A stretch of DNA of 64,000 nt from Candidatus Kryptoniota bacterium (GCA_046705025.1 JBJKQU010000030.1:181-64180); one strand, 5' to 3'; counted from the stretch's first letter, positions 18,485 to 27,231 are shown. A program made the numbers and translations. The notes: generated from the sequence alone by a model not told the origin.

Positions 18485-19382
18485 TTAATTTCTCGATCTC
18501 GGTATCAGGCGAAAGGCTTCCGATCTCGGTCATTAAGGCCGTGACCAACCCGGGGCGGATCTTGTCGAAATATAGATTTCTTACCTCAAATTCCGGATTG
18601 GCAAAAATCTCGTGTGCACCCTCCTCTTTGTTGACAAAAGTCTCCGCACTCTTTTCCGAGTCGTATTTCAGCACGCTCGTGATCGCATAAAACTTCTTCC
18701 CGGATGTCGCACAAGCGGCCGCAAGCGCAAATGAACCTATCTTGTTTATGAGAGTTCCGTCCGATAGGACGGCATCAGCGCCGACGAGCGCCGCGTCGAT
18801 CTGAGTTATGAATGTTCCTATGGAAGCATCGGAGACGAGGATCGGCCTGTGCCCCATCTTCTTCAGTGCACGCGCCGTTTGCCTCCCTTCAAAGAGCGGG
18901 CGCGACTCCATCACGAAGACTGTGGTGAACTTATTCTGAGCGGCTGCACGCTCAAAGGACCGCAAAACAAACTCGCTTTGACTCAACGTAGCGTACTGCC
19001 CCTCATCGGCAATGAGTCTCGATGCTTGCTCAGCCGCTTTCGGAGCGGCTTCTCCCACCTTTCGGAGCAGGACATCCAGATAGGAACACATCTCCTCGGG
19101 CTTCATTTTGTCCGATGCCGAAATCACGAGTCTGCAAATGTTCGACAAGGCGGACATTTGAGATTGCGCATTTGAAAGGGTTGTAGAAAGCGACTTCAAC
19201 TCTCTGATGAACGCCTCCGCCTTGCAATTCTCTACGCTGAAATCGTACAGCAGATCGAGAGTGTCTTTCAACACTTGCTGCGCACTCGAGATATTGTCGG
19301 TGGCAATGCGATTTGCGCGTTCGAGATATTCCGTTTTCATGGGACTGCGAAGTAGTTTAAAGTCTTCACGGTAAAATTGCAA
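18456..19382 (-). CDS. eIF-2B alpha/beta/delta-family sugar-phosphate isomerase-like protein (MtnA / ribose-1,5-bisphosphate isomerase relatives)
   Basis: VFVMESRPLFEGRQTARALKKMGHRPILVSDASIGTFI..ALVGADAVLSDGTLINKIGSFALAAAC..KKFYAITSVLKYD is the IF-2B family core. The track start is TTG at 19382; the first ATG is at 19340. Confidence 0.75.
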   Translation of the reverse strand: MQFYREDFKLLRSPMKTEYLERANRIATDNISSAQQVLKDTLDLLYDFSVENCKAEAFIRELKSLSTTLSNAQSQMSALSNICRLVISASDKMKPEEMCSYLDVLLRKVGEAAPKAAEQASRLIADEGQYATLSQSEFVLRSFERAAAQNKFTTVFVMESRPLFEGRQTARALKKMGHRPILVSDASIGTFITQIDAALVGADAVLSDGTLINKIGSFALAAACATSGKKFYAITSVLKYDSEKSAETFVNKEEGAHEIFANPEFEVRNLYFDKIRPGLVTALMTEIGSLSPDTEIEKLSAAMREMYG

Positions 19383-19528
19383 TCAACGCAGAAGGAACCA
19401 ACGCTTGTTCACCCCCGCACTCGGTCAATTCGTCCATAAAGGAGCTTCCCCGCACGGAACTTATCCGCTTGCTTTCGGTTTAGGTCTAATGACTCATCGC
19501 ACCATATTATCAACTCGGAGGAATAGAA

Positions 19529-20707
19529 ATGAGCAATTACAAATATGTAATCGCGGGCGGTGGCTTGGCCGCAGATTCTGCAGTCCAGGGAATCAGAGAA
19601 GTAGACGACTCCGGCTCCATCGCGGTTTTCAGCGAAGAGAAGGACCGGCCCTACAACCGGCCGCCGCTCTCAAAAGGACTGTGGAAAGGTGACCCCATCG
19701 AATCCGTGTGGAGGAAAGGCGAATACAGGAACACCGAGATCTTCACTTCGACGCGAATCACAGCCATCGACACTTCCGAGAAAATAGTGAGAACTCGAGA
19801 CGGGGCGACCCACCACTACGAGAAGCTCCTCCTTGCAACCGGTGGAAGGCCCAAGACTTTCCCCTTCGGCGGCGACGAAGTCATTTATTTCAGAACCCTC
19901 GAGGATTACAGAAGGCTTCGCTCGCTGACCGAGCGCGGCTCCGACTTCGTGGTCATCGGTGCAGGGTTCATAGGCTCCGAGGTGGCGGCTGCTCTCACCA
20001 TGAACGGTAAACGGGTAACCATGATATTCCCGGAGGACAAAATCGGTGCCCGCGTGTACCCGAAAGGCCTCGCGTCCTTCCTTGTCTCTTACTACATGGA
20101 AAAGGGTGTGAATATCCTTAGCGGCGAATCGGTGAAGGGAATCGAAAAGAAAGACGGGAAGATGCACGTGAAGATATCGGGAGACGAAGAGGTCCTAGCG
20201 GATGCAATCGTGGCAGGTCTCGGTATCACTCCCAATGACGCGATCGCCAGAGTAGCCGGCCTCTTAACCGAGGACGGGATTCTTGTGGACGAAATGTTGA
20301 GGACAGCTAACCAAGACATCTACGCGGCCGGTGACGCAGCAAACTTTCCTAATTATCTACTCGGCAGGCGAACTCGGGTGGAACACGAGGATAATGCAAA
20401 CATGATGGGACTGACAGCTGGTCACAATATGGCAGGCCGGTCGGAACCGTATCACCACCTTCCATTCTTCTATTCCGACCTCTTCGACCTGGGCTATGAA
20501 GCAGCCGGAGACCTCGATTCGCGGCTGGATACAATCGAAGACTGGGAAGAGGAATTCCGCAAAGGCGTAATCTACTATCTGCGGGACGGACTCGTAAGAG
20601 GGGTACTTCTCTGGAACACATGGGGAAAAGTTGATGCGGCACGGGAACTTATAGGTTCCGGAAAGAAGCATTCCAGGGAATCGCTGAAATCATTGATACG
20701 CGAGTGA
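19529..20707 (+). CDS. FAD-dependent pyridine nucleotide-disulfide oxidoreductase (ferredoxin-reductase/AIF-like)
   Basis: VIAGGGLAADSA (FAD GxGxxA), LLLATGGRP, VVIGAGFIGSEVAAAL (NAD fold), AAGDAANF. Confidence 0.8.
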   Translation: MSNYKYVIAGGGLAADSAVQGIREVDDSGSIAVFSEEKDRPYNRPPLSKGLWKGDPIESVWRKGEYRNTEIFTSTRITAIDTSEKIVRTRDGATHHYEKLLLATGGRPKTFPFGGDEVIYFRTLEDYRRLRSLTERGSDFVVIGAGFIGSEVAAALTMNGKRVTMIFPEDKIGARVYPKGLASFLVSYYMEKGVNILSGESVKGIEKKDGKMHVKISGDEEVLADAIVAGLGITPNDAIARVAGLLTEDGILVDEMLRTANQDIYAAGDAANFPNYLLGRRTRVEHEDNANMMGLTAGHNMAGRSEPYHHLPFFYSDLFDLGYEAAGDLDSRLDTIEDWEEEFRKGVIYYLRDGLVRGVLLWNTWGKVDAARELIGSGKKHSRESLKSLIRE

Positions 20708-20715
20708 GGATATAA

Positions 20716-20744
20716 AAAGAAACCCCGCCGAAGCGGGGTTTCGA
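20716..20744. terminator. bidirectional rho-independent terminator
   Basis: aaaaag-aaccccgc-cgaa-gcggggtt-tcgat lies between convergent genes. The stem is 20721-20728 / 20733-20740, and A/T tracts flank both sides. Confidence 0.75.
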
Positions 20745-20763
20745 TCAACGTATCTATTCGTAA

Positions 20764-22872
20764 TTACTTCAACAATACCATCTTCATCGTCTTATCGAAG
20801 TTCTTCGCGGATACTCTGTAGAAGTAGACTCCGCTGGCGACTTCTTCGCCTGCGTTGTTTCTCGCGTTCCACGTAAGCTGGTAAGTGCCCGGTACATAAT
20901 TAGAGTTTGTCAGCACTTTCACGAGTTCTCCGATCGAATTATAGACCGACACATTCACGATTCCCGTCTTCGGAACCGAGAAGTTGATAGTCGTTGTCGG
21001 GTTGAACGGATTCGGATAGTTCTGGTCTAGCGCGTAAGACGTAGGAACCTTGTTGCTGACTACCTTGACTCCGGTAACGATACCGAGAGCTCTCTGCAGC
21101 AGCGCAAAGGTATACTTAGCGTTATGAACACCGTAGCTGCCGTCTTTCGACACCAGTAGATAATCCCAGTAAGCACCGAGCTGATTCTGCGTCAGCTTCG
21201 CGGCTCCGCTTGCGCTGATATTGCCGTTGACCAGAGAATCCGGAAGCGAGGCGGCTAGCTTCGCAAGAAGTGCCTTCACTTCAGTCTGGACACCCGGTAT
21301 CGGGCCGCCGTTGGCGATGCCGGCATAATCATATGGTGCCGGGATCTGATCGAAGCTGGTGATCGGTCCGTGGCAGGATTGGCAGGCAGTGGTGTTGTCC
21401 ACCGTGTCTCCCAGCGCATCCGGTCCTCTCATTGCCCAGGTATGACCGCCGAGAGTCATTGCAGCATTCGCATCGAGCGTATCGGAAGCCATATGACATG
21501 TCACGCAAGCATCGGTGAGCTGAGTATGCGTGGCTAAACCGGTAATGGAGCTGTCTCCGAAATCGTAACCGTTCTGGCCCCAGAACATATCGGTCTGCGG
21601 CCCTTCATGAGGTCCAAAGTACGACTTATAACCCGCCGCAACAGCACCATTGACTGCAGAACGAGCGCGGTGGCAATTCATGCAGAGCTGACCGGCTCCG
21701 CCGCCCGGGATCTGGAATCCGTTGGTCAATGCAGGAGCAGAATATTTCCTCAACTGATATGGATTTGTTGCGTCGTGCGGATTGTGACATCCGGCGCAAG
21801 TCAGCGGCATCGCATCGTACTTTGATTGACTCAGTTGCCCGTTAATTGCATAATCGGCAAAGCCGCTGCCGGTGTGGCACTGTGCACACGGGGCGCTCAG
21901 CACGTGACCACCCTCCATACCCTGGATCGCGATCATCCCACTGTCGTGCGGGCTGCTGGTCCATTCTCTACCGATTGCATGATGAGGCGGCTCGTCATGG
22001 CACTGCATACAGACCGAAGCGCTCAGTGAAACCGAGATCTTGGAAGGATCTCCCCAGTGCTCGCTTCCCGGACCGTGGCAGCTTTCACATCCGATAGCCG
22101 CCAGCTGTGCAAGCTGGGCGGAAGTATGATACAGGTGAGCGAAGTTGGTGTCGGCAAGTGTCGATGGAAATGTCCAGCCGACTTTGTTTGCGACGGCAGC
22201 GAAATTGCCGTTGGCAGCTCCCGGATTGTAGCCCGTAGTGTGGCACTGGATACAATGAGCGCTGTATCCACTTCCAGCTGGGCCGACGCCGTTGATGTTC
22301 TCTTTGAAGAACCACGAATGTGCTGTGCCCATCCAATGAGAGTAGTCTGCCGTCGGATCGAGACCTAATCCGGTCAGGGATCCCTGGTGACAGACTCCGC
22401 ACTGCGGGACTTTAGCCGTTGCGCTGTCCAGCGTCGCGATGCCCATAGAACCGACGCCGACATAATCTGCCGAGGTGATCACGGTAGACGCCTGTGAGGC
22501 CCCTCCGGCGGTGCTAATTTGAAGATTGATTGTATATTCGCCCGTTGTGTCAACTGTGATCGTTGTGAATGGAGCAGATGCACTGTCAATCTTTGCATGT
22601 CCACCAACAGGATCAACAACCGACCAAGTTACTGACTGAATTGGACCTCCCGTAGAATCGATCGCTTGAAGATAAACTATCGTTTTCTCGCCAACGGTGT
22701 TCAAACCCGTCGTCGGGTACATCGCACTCCCGGCAGAACCGTAATGCTGATCCAAAGTGTAGGGGGTCATCCCAACTACCTGAATGCCAGCCTTCGGTGC
22801 TGCTGTTTGTGAGAAAGCCAATCCAGCTGCGAGGAATACAACCACTAAACTGGTAAGAATTTGTTTCCTCAT
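20764..22872 (-). CDS. nonaheme c-type cytochrome with T9SS C-terminal sorting domain
   Basis: The start ATG at 22872 is preceded by AAAGGAG (the track ORF extends to 22959). Signal peptide MRKQILTSLVVVFLAAGLAFSQ. Nine CXXCH motifs: CGVCH, CIQCH, CESCH, CMQCH, CAQCH, CAGCH, CMNCH, CVTCH, CQSCH. C-terminus ALDQNYPNPFNPTTTINFSVP...KMVLLK. Confidence 0.85.
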   Translation of the reverse strand: MRKQILTSLVVVFLAAGLAFSQTAAPKAGIQVVGMTPYTLDQHYGSAGSAMYPTTGLNTVGEKTIVYLQAIDSTGGPIQSVTWSVVDPVGGHAKIDSASAPFTTITVDTTGEYTINLQISTAGGASQASTVITSADYVGVGSMGIATLDSATAKVPQCGVCHQGSLTGLGLDPTADYSHWMGTAHSWFFKENINGVGPAGSGYSAHCIQCHTTGYNPGAANGNFAAVANKVGWTFPSTLADTNFAHLYHTSAQLAQLAAIGCESCHGPGSEHWGDPSKISVSLSASVCMQCHDEPPHHAIGREWTSSPHDSGMIAIQGMEGGHVLSAPCAQCHTGSGFADYAINGQLSQSKYDAMPLTCAGCHNPHDATNPYQLRKYSAPALTNGFQIPGGGAGQLCMNCHRARSAVNGAVAAGYKSYFGPHEGPQTDMFWGQNGYDFGDSSITGLATHTQLTDACVTCHMASDTLDANAAMTLGGHTWAMRGPDALGDTVDNTTACQSCHGPITSFDQIPAPYDYAGIANGGPIPGVQTEVKALLAKLAASLPDSLVNGNISASGAAKLTQNQLGAYWDYLLVSKDGSYGVHNAKYTFALLQRALGIVTGVKVVSNKVPTSYALDQNYPNPFNPTTTINFSVPKTGIVNVSVYNSIGELVKVLTNSNYVPGTYQLTWNARNNAGEEVASGVYFYRVSAKNFDKTMKMVLLK

Positions 22873-22940
22873 AGCTATTTCTCCTTTTCTAGTGCTTTTG
22901 GCATGAAACAGGAAACTCAAAGTTAAATTTCCAGACAGTA

Positions 22941-22959
22941 TGTGCAACTCGAATGCCAA
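22941..22959 (-). promoter_or_regulatory. sigma-54-type -24/-12 promoter element upstream of cytochrome 1
   Basis: The minus strand reads TTGGCATtcgagTTGCAca. GG-N10-GC spacing is exact, and the -12 GC lies about 72 nt upstream of ATG 22872. Confidence 0.45.
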
Positions 22960-23206
22960 TCGAAGAGTCTTTAACCCCTCAAGATTCGAAGAAAAACGCC
23001 ATTAAGTGCCTCTCGAAAATCTACACCCGCAGATGAAGGCAATCTTCGGCTCATCATTGCGGGCATTTTGGGACAGTTTTGTGTTCAACTCTTTCATCTA
23101 ATCCTTTCCCGGTATTCATATGAAAGTACCCGAGATCACAACTTTGCTGCGGGGGCGTGCCATGAAGAGAAGAATTCTCAACCCCTTTTCTGAAGGCCGT
23201 TGCAGG

Positions 23207-23240
23207 CAACGCAGGGCTGCGCCGCCTGCAACACCAAATG
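23207..23240 (-). terminator. long imperfect hairpin just downstream of the cytochrome 2 stop
   Basis: gttgcaggc (23207-23215) / gcctgcaac (23232-23240), with an inner cgcag/ctgcg pairing. It starts 4 nt after the stop and has no clear U-tract. Confidence 0.4.
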
Positions 23241-23243
23241 TCG

Positions 23244-25280
23244 TCATTTCATCAGCATCATCTTGCGCACCCACGCAAAGTCCCTCGACGTCATCTTGCA
23301 GAAATAAGCACCGCTGGAAACCATTAACCCTGAGGAGTTCCTTCCGTCCCAGCGCACTTTATAAGTCCCGGGAGTGAAGTAGTTGTTCACCAGCGTGTTG
23401 ACGACCTGTCCGACGGAGTTGTATATGACAACCTTGACATTTCCCGATTTCGGTACGGAGAAATTTATCATAGTCGTCGGATTGAACGGGTTCGGATAGT
23501 TCTGGTCCAGGGCGTATGACTGAGGTACCTTGTTTGTCACCATTTCAACTCCGGTAAGCGTGCCAAGTGCACGGGTCAGGATGGCAAAGGTGTACTTGGC
23601 ATTGTGCACACCGTAGCTTCCGTCGTTCACGACGAAATAATAATCATATACGGCCCCCAGATAGTTCGGATTGCCGGCGATCGATGTGGAATCCGTAGCA
23701 ACCGCCCCTGTAGCGTCTTTCGGCAATACAGCGGCGAGCTTTGCCAGCAGCCCTTTGACTTCGGTCTGCACGCCCTCAGTCTTCCCATTGCCGTCATAAT
23801 CATCAGCCGCTTGAATGTCGTCAAAGCTCGCTATCGGCCCGTGGCAACCCTGGCACACTTCGGCGTTCTCGACAATCTTCGTCCCAGAACTGTCCGGACT
23901 GCTCATATTCCATGTGTGGCCGCCGAGTAGATTAGCCATGCTTCCGGTTGCAGTCGACATGTGGCAGGTAACGCAAGCGTCTTGCAGCTGCGTATGCGTG
24001 GTATTACCCGTAATCGACTTGTCGCCGAATTGAACAGCGTTTTGCCCGAAGAACATGTCGGTCTGAGTGCCGTAGTGCGGGCTGTAATGGCTTGCCCACT
24101 TAGTCGTGTAAGTGGCTGCGTTCCTTCTTGACATGTGGCAATTCATGCAAAGCTGTCCGACCCCGCCGCTGGTTATTTTGTAGCCGTTCATCAGACTGCC
24201 TGCAGTGACCGTTCTCAATTGATGAGGATTCTGATCAGAATGGGGATCATGACATGATGCACAGCCTATCGGCATCGTTGCTTGAGTGCCCGATATCGTC
24301 TGTGATGTGGCGGAGAGATAGAAGCCCGTACCGTTATGGCACTTTGCACAAGAGGCGGCGTTTACTCCCGCATCTTCCTCCTGTACCATATTTTTTCCGT
24401 GACTGCTCGTCTCATACTGCCTGACGACCATATGATGTGTCGGAGTGTCGTGGCATTGGGCACAGACCTTCACATCGAGAGATATGCTTATCCTGTTGCT
24501 ACCCAGTTGACCGTTGTGTTCGCTTCCTGGCCCGTGACAGCTCTCGCACCCGATCGTCGCAAGCTGTGCAAGCTGGTGGGATACATTGTTCAAGTGAGTG
24601 AAATTCGTGTCGACATATGCAGAAGGAAAGGTCCATCCCGACTGAGCCTGGAGGTCATCGAATCCGCCGTTGCTAGCATTAAGATCGTATCCCGTAGTAT
24701 GGCAGGTAATACAACTAGAGCCGTAGTGTGTCTGCCTTGGATCCGTACCATTAATTGCGTTCTCGAACAATACTGCGTGAGGAGTTTGCATCCACTCCTG
24801 TACCATCGGCAGGTGGCAGAGCCCGCATTTCGGATCCTGGATTGAGGCGCCGCCTCCGCCCATGAAACCTACTCCCTGGTAGTAGGCAGAAGTAATTGTG
24901 TCTGAAGTAGTAGCAGTTCCCCCAGATGTGGTCACACTCAGTCGCACAACGTATTGCCCATTGGTGTCTACTTTCATAGTGGTGAATGCAGCGCTAACGC
25001 TATCGATGACCGTTTTCGACCCGGTCGGCTTGCTTGATAACGACCATGTGACAGCAGTGATTTGACCCCCGCCCAAATCGACCGCTGACAGATAAACGAT
25101 AGAGCCTTTACCGACTGTCGGCAACCCGGATGTAGTCGTCCTTGTCCCCTGTGATCCGTAGATCTTGGAGAATTGGTAACCAGACATCCCGACCACTTCG
25201 ATTTTCGGAGTCGGAGTCTGTGACAACGCGATGCCAGCCGTCAATAAGGCCATGGTGAAGGAGGTAAACAACTTACCCAT
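23244..25280 (-). CDS. nonaheme c-type cytochrome with T9SS C-terminal sorting domain (paralogue)
   Basis: ATG 25280 is preceded by AAGGAG. Signal peptide MGKLFTSFTMALLTAGIALSQ. Nine CXXCH motifs: CGLCH, CITCH, CESCH, CAQCH, CAKCH, CASCH, CMNCH, CVTCH, CQGCH. C-terminus ALDQNYPNPFNPTTMINFSVP...KMMLMK. Confidence 0.85.
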   Translation of the reverse strand: MGKLFTSFTMALLTAGIALSQTPTPKIEVVGMSGYQFSKIYGSQGTRTTTSGLPTVGKGSIVYLSAVDLGGGQITAVTWSLSSKPTGSKTVIDSVSAAFTTMKVDTNGQYVVRLSVTTSGGTATTSDTITSAYYQGVGFMGGGGASIQDPKCGLCHLPMVQEWMQTPHAVLFENAINGTDPRQTHYGSSCITCHTTGYDLNASNGGFDDLQAQSGWTFPSAYVDTNFTHLNNVSHQLAQLATIGCESCHGPGSEHNGQLGSNRISISLDVKVCAQCHDTPTHHMVVRQYETSSHGKNMVQEEDAGVNAASCAKCHNGTGFYLSATSQTISGTQATMPIGCASCHDPHSDQNPHQLRTVTAGSLMNGYKITSGGVGQLCMNCHMSRRNAATYTTKWASHYSPHYGTQTDMFFGQNAVQFGDKSITGNTTHTQLQDACVTCHMSTATGSMANLLGGHTWNMSSPDSSGTKIVENAEVCQGCHGPIASFDDIQAADDYDGNGKTEGVQTEVKGLLAKLAAVLPKDATGAVATDSTSIAGNPNYLGAVYDYYFVVNDGSYGVHNAKYTFAILTRALGTLTGVEMVTNKVPQSYALDQNYPNPFNPTTMINFSVPKSGNVKVVIYNSVGQVVNTLVNNYFTPGTYKVRWDGRNSSGLMVSSGAYFCKMTSRDFAWVRKMMLMK

Positions 25281-25356
25281 GGTAACATCTCCTTGTTAGT
25301 TTGCTGACTTGCGATTTTAGTTTAGAAGCTCCCTGACGTGAGCTCTAAGCGTTACC

Positions 25357-25372
25357 TGCAATTAGGATGCCG
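25357..25372 (-). promoter_or_regulatory. sigma-54-type -24/-12 promoter element upstream of cytochrome 2
   Basis: The minus strand reads cGGCATcctaaTTGCAg. GG-N10-GC spacing is exact, and the -12 GC lies about 78 nt upstream of ATG 25280. It has the same GGCAT-N5-TTGCA core as the element at 22941-22959. Confidence 0.35.
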
Positions 25373-25520
25373 CCGGCACCGAAGCAAAAGGTATGTCAGT
25401 CCGACAAATTTGCAAGGGACATGGAATTGGATTTCGGAAAGCCCGCTAAAATGTTGTTGTTTTGGCACATTTTTCCCCATCGCGGGCAATATTAGACAGG
25501 GAGCCCCATGTTTGTCCGTC

Positions 25521-25548
25521 AAAAAAACCGCAAAATTGGGCTCCCAAT
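25521..25548 (-). terminator. rho-independent terminator after pfk
   Basis: The minus strand reads attggg-ag-cccaat followed by tttgcggttttttt, immediately after the TAG stop at 25552-25554. Confidence 0.5.
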
Positions 25549-25551
25549 CGT

Positions 25552-26712
25552 CTAGTATAAAAACATCGGCTTATCGAGCAGGTGAGCTACTTTAGGTTTG
25601 TATTGTTGTTCATCGTACAACTCGCTTACATCTACTCTCTTGAGACCGCTTGCTATGGTGTCCATCGGTATATGTGTATACTTACCCTCTCTCAAGGCAA
25701 CCAATTGACCGAGCTGCTTTTTGATCACCAGGTCAGTTGCAAGATTGGCATAACTGATCGCAACCATTCTATCCAATGCATCCGGCTCACCGCTTCGCAT
25801 CAGGTAGGCAACCTGCTGGTAGATAATATCCGAGCCTGTAATCTTCTTCAAAGCTTCACCGGTAAGCGCGCCAATGCCGCCGAGTTTCTTGTGGCCGTAA
25901 GAATCGGCCTGCCCATATTCCACTATCTTGCCGCCCACCATCTGGGCACCTTCCGAGATTGTCATGATGGCGTAATCACTCGGGTTCCGTTTCTTGTCTT
26001 CGAGGAGAAGAGCCGCCAGCTTCTCGGGATCAAACGGTACCTCCGAAATGATAGCCCGGTCCACGCCGGCAAGGTAGGCGGATATGAGCGACGTCTCCCC
26101 GGAATTTCTGCCGAAGAGTTCCACCACCGCAATGCGCTCGTGCGATCCGGCCGGGGTCCTGAGCGCAGTTATAAAGTTCACACTGCGCGTGACCGCTGTG
26201 GAGAAACCGATACAATAGTCGGTTCCAAAGACGTCGTTGTCCATTGTTTTAGGGATACCGACAACCGGAAAACCTTCTTTATGAAGACGCAGTCCGTAGC
26301 TCAGCGTGTCGTCGCCGCCGATAGGCAGAAGGGCGTCGATTTTCAATTTTTCGAGGACTCTTAAAACGTGAGGCGTAAAATCCAGCGTCGCACCTTCCTC
26401 TTTCGCAGGGCTCTTGGGGTCCTTGAGAAATTCAGGTACATCTTTCGGCCTGACCTTGGACGGATTTGTTCTCGACGTGTGAAGAAACGTGCCGCCGGAT
26501 CTATCCACGGTACGTGTGTTCTGCTTGTTCAAAAGCACAACCCGATCGTCATTTCCTTCGTTAGAATCCAAGTTGTAGTACAAGAGACCGGCCCAACCGC
26601 GTCTGATTCCGACCACATCGAGACCCGCGTCTTCAGCACGATACACGGCGGCCTTTATGCAAGGGTTCAACCCCGGTACGTCACCCCCGCCCGTGAGAAT
26701 ACCAATTCGCAT
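25552..26712 (-). CDS. pfk: 6-phosphofructokinase, probably pyrophosphate-dependent
   Basis: [27 protein letters not shown] (GGDDT rather than GGDGS), [19 protein letters not shown]. Confidence 0.85.
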   Translation of the reverse strand: MRIGILTGGGDVPGLNPCIKAAVYRAEDAGLDVVGIRRGWAGLLYYNLDSNEGNDDRVVLLNKQNTRTVDRSGGTFLHTSRTNPSKVRPKDVPEFLKDPKSPAKEEGATLDFTPHVLRVLEKLKIDALLPIGGDDTLSYGLRLHKEGFPVVGIPKTMDNDVFGTDYCIGFSTAVTRSVNFITALRTPAGSHERIAVVELFGRNSGETSLISAYLAGVDRAIISEVPFDPEKLAALLLEDKKRNPSDYAIMTISEGAQMVGGKIVEYGQADSYGHKKLGGIGALTGEALKKITGSDIIYQQVAYLMRSGEPDALDRMVAISYANLATDLVIKKQLGQLVALREGKYTHIPMDTIASGLKRVDVSELYDEQQYKPKVAHLLDKPMFLY

Positions 26713-26793
26713 ACAGTTACTCCTTTTCGTTGAATTAGATCAAGGGAAATTTATGAAGTATAGCGGCAACTTTAAAGTTAGAGCGATATTTCG

Positions 26794-27231
26794 TCAACGG
26801 ATATTCAGGACGATCTTTCTTTCATACTCGGCCTCGAACAGAGGTGAGGAGATAAGGAAATCTGCCGAGGCTCTGTTTGAAGCGACCGGGATGTTCCATA
26901 CGACTGCGATACGAAGAAGTGCTTTGACATCGGGATCGTGAGGCTGGGGCTCGAGCGGATCCCAAAAAAATATCAGTATGTCGACTTTTCCCTCCGCTAT
27001 TTTTGCACCGATCTGCTGGTCACCGCCGATAGGACCGCTCATCATCCGTTTGATTTTTATCTTGAGTGCATCCGACAGCATTTTGCCGGTTGTCCCGGTC
27101 GAATAGAGCTCGTGATTTTTCAAAACACCCACGTTGTACTTTGCCCACTGCAGCATTTCTTCCTTCTTGTTGTCGTGCGCAACCAGGGCAATCCTTTTCT
27201 TCGGATACATCTTGATTTCTTCAGTTCTCAT
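26794..27231 (-). CDS. mgsA: methylglyoxal synthase
   Basis: [67 protein letters not shown]. Confidence 0.9.
   Translation of the reverse strand: MRTEEIKMYPKKRIALVAHDNKKEEMLQWAKYNVGVLKNHELYSTGTTGKMLSDALKIKIKRMMSGPIGGDQQIGAKIAEGKVDILIFFWDPLEPQPHDPDVKALLRIAVVWNIPVASNRASADFLISSPLFEAEYERKIVLNIR

Noticed and set aside
22873-22959. 29-codon N-terminal extension of cytochrome 1 in the ORF track (MAFELHILSG...)
   Set aside because: The extension starts at a TTG that is part of the sigma-54-like element, it would bury the signal peptide, and it lacks an RBS. ATG 22872 has an AAAGGAG Shine-Dalgarno sequence and gives a normal signal peptide.
25582-26364. 260-aa plus-strand ORF; similar long antisense ORFs lie at 14732..15436, 30685..31503, 36822..37565 and 39081..39956
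   Set aside because: Each lies wholly inside, and opposite to, a gene with unambiguous catalytic motifs (pfk, histidine kinase, hldD, the hybrid kinase, the glmM-like mutase). Their compositions are typical of antisense frames.
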